Assembly (NCBI GenBank): GCA_050729395.1
Contig: JBOHLC010000198.1
Location: forward strand, 1-50,473
Source of the DNA: Caulobacteraceae bacterium
GTDB taxonomy: Bacteria; Pseudomonadota; Alphaproteobacteria; Caulobacterales; Caulobacteraceae
Length of the DNA: 50,473 bases
Direction of reading: 5' to 3'
How positions within the stretch are numbered: position 1 is the first letter of the stretch; each line of letters begins with the position of its first letter. Shown here in pieces: positions 47,629 to 50,473 of this stretch. Below the pieces are notes generated by a model that saw only the letters and a list, made by a program, of their open reading frames with translations, was not told where the DNA came from and ran no database searches. The translations under genes were made by a program, and so were the position numbers.

Positions 47629-48210
47629 CTAGGAAGGTACCGATAGCATGCGACCGACGCGCTTCCAGCGTCCCGACTTGTCGCGCAGCATGTGTTGAAT
47701 GCCGCCCGAGCACATGTCGACGCCGGCGCAGAGATTGTATTCCAGCAGGGCGTGGAGGCCGTCGGCGCTCAGCACCGGGAGGGAGACGGTAAGGACGTCG
47801 GCTGGAAACTCCGGCAGGGAATTGACGTCGCTGTCGGCCGTGGTGAGCTTGGCGACGGCGTCATCGCCGCTGGCGATCTTGTCCTTGGCCAGTTCGGCGG
47901 CGAGAGACGGGCAGGAATCCAGGGCGCTCTGGGCGGGGGATTCAAGGAAGATCGCCGCGAAAGCGGCCGAAGGCGGATCACCCGTCCAGCCCGCATCCAG
48001 GATGTTGTCCGCCGTCAAGTCCTTGGTTTCGGCCGTATCGGGCGCCTCGGCGACGACCAGCCGGGTCGCATGCTTGCCGTGGCCGGCGACGCTCAGGATG
48101 AAGTCGAGGGCGGCGGCGCAGGCCGGATTGCCGGCGTCCGCGGCCGCCGCGGCGCCTGGAAGGTTCATCGCGAACGCCGAAATGGCGATCAGTCCCGCGC
48201 TTCGCCACAT
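47629..48210 (-). CDS. Hypothetical exported protein
   Basis: Signal-like N-terminus, four Cys and high-GC codon usage; directly downstream of uvrA. Alternative start at 48222. Confidence 0.65.
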   Translation of the reverse strand: MWRSAGLIAISAFAMNLPGAAAAADAGNPACAAALDFILSVAGHGKHATRLVVAEAPDTAETKDLTADNILDAGWTGDPPSAAFAAIFLESPAQSALDSCPSLAAELAKDKIASGDDAVAKLTTADSDVNSLPEFPADVLTVSLPVLSADGLHALLEYNLCAGVDMCSGGIQHMLRDKSGRWKRVGRMLSVPS

Positions 48211-48214
48211 GCTC

Positions 48215-50473
<2,259 letters not shown>

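Overview
High-GC (roughly 70% by eye) alphaproteobacterial chromosome segment. PEPxxWA-CTERM genes and the gph/glmU/rpiA/gor/trmFO neighbourhood suggest a Caulobacterales-like organism (inference). Left to right it holds: a histidine-utilisation cluster (hutH-hutI <-> hutF-hutC) with a perfect 18-bp operator; two sugar-type MFS transporters and an HSL esterase; an MDR oxidoreductase, an orphan Rieske petA and a crotonase; a Co-type nitrile hydratase operon; an accessory stretch (about 13.6-18.3 kb) with a lower-GC PEP-CTERM cassette bracketed by 173-bp direct repeats, a chimeric pseudogene and a cupin remnant; a DUF47-Pit-Nudix operon interrupted by a CTAG-bounded double-hairpin element; AgpS-like, DUF1993 and DUF5694 genes; an OmpH/Skp plus trimeric autotransporter adhesin pair; AKR, cytochrome b561, a papain-like peptidase and tRNA-Val(CAC); core genes (gph, glmU, rpiA, gor, class II DAHP synthase, trmFO); four tandem paralogous membrane proteins; GST; an EmrAB-NodT efflux operon; and the 3' part of uvrA. 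No transposase, integrase, reverse transcriptase, CRISPR array or rRNA was seen. All family calls come from motif recognition, not database searches.
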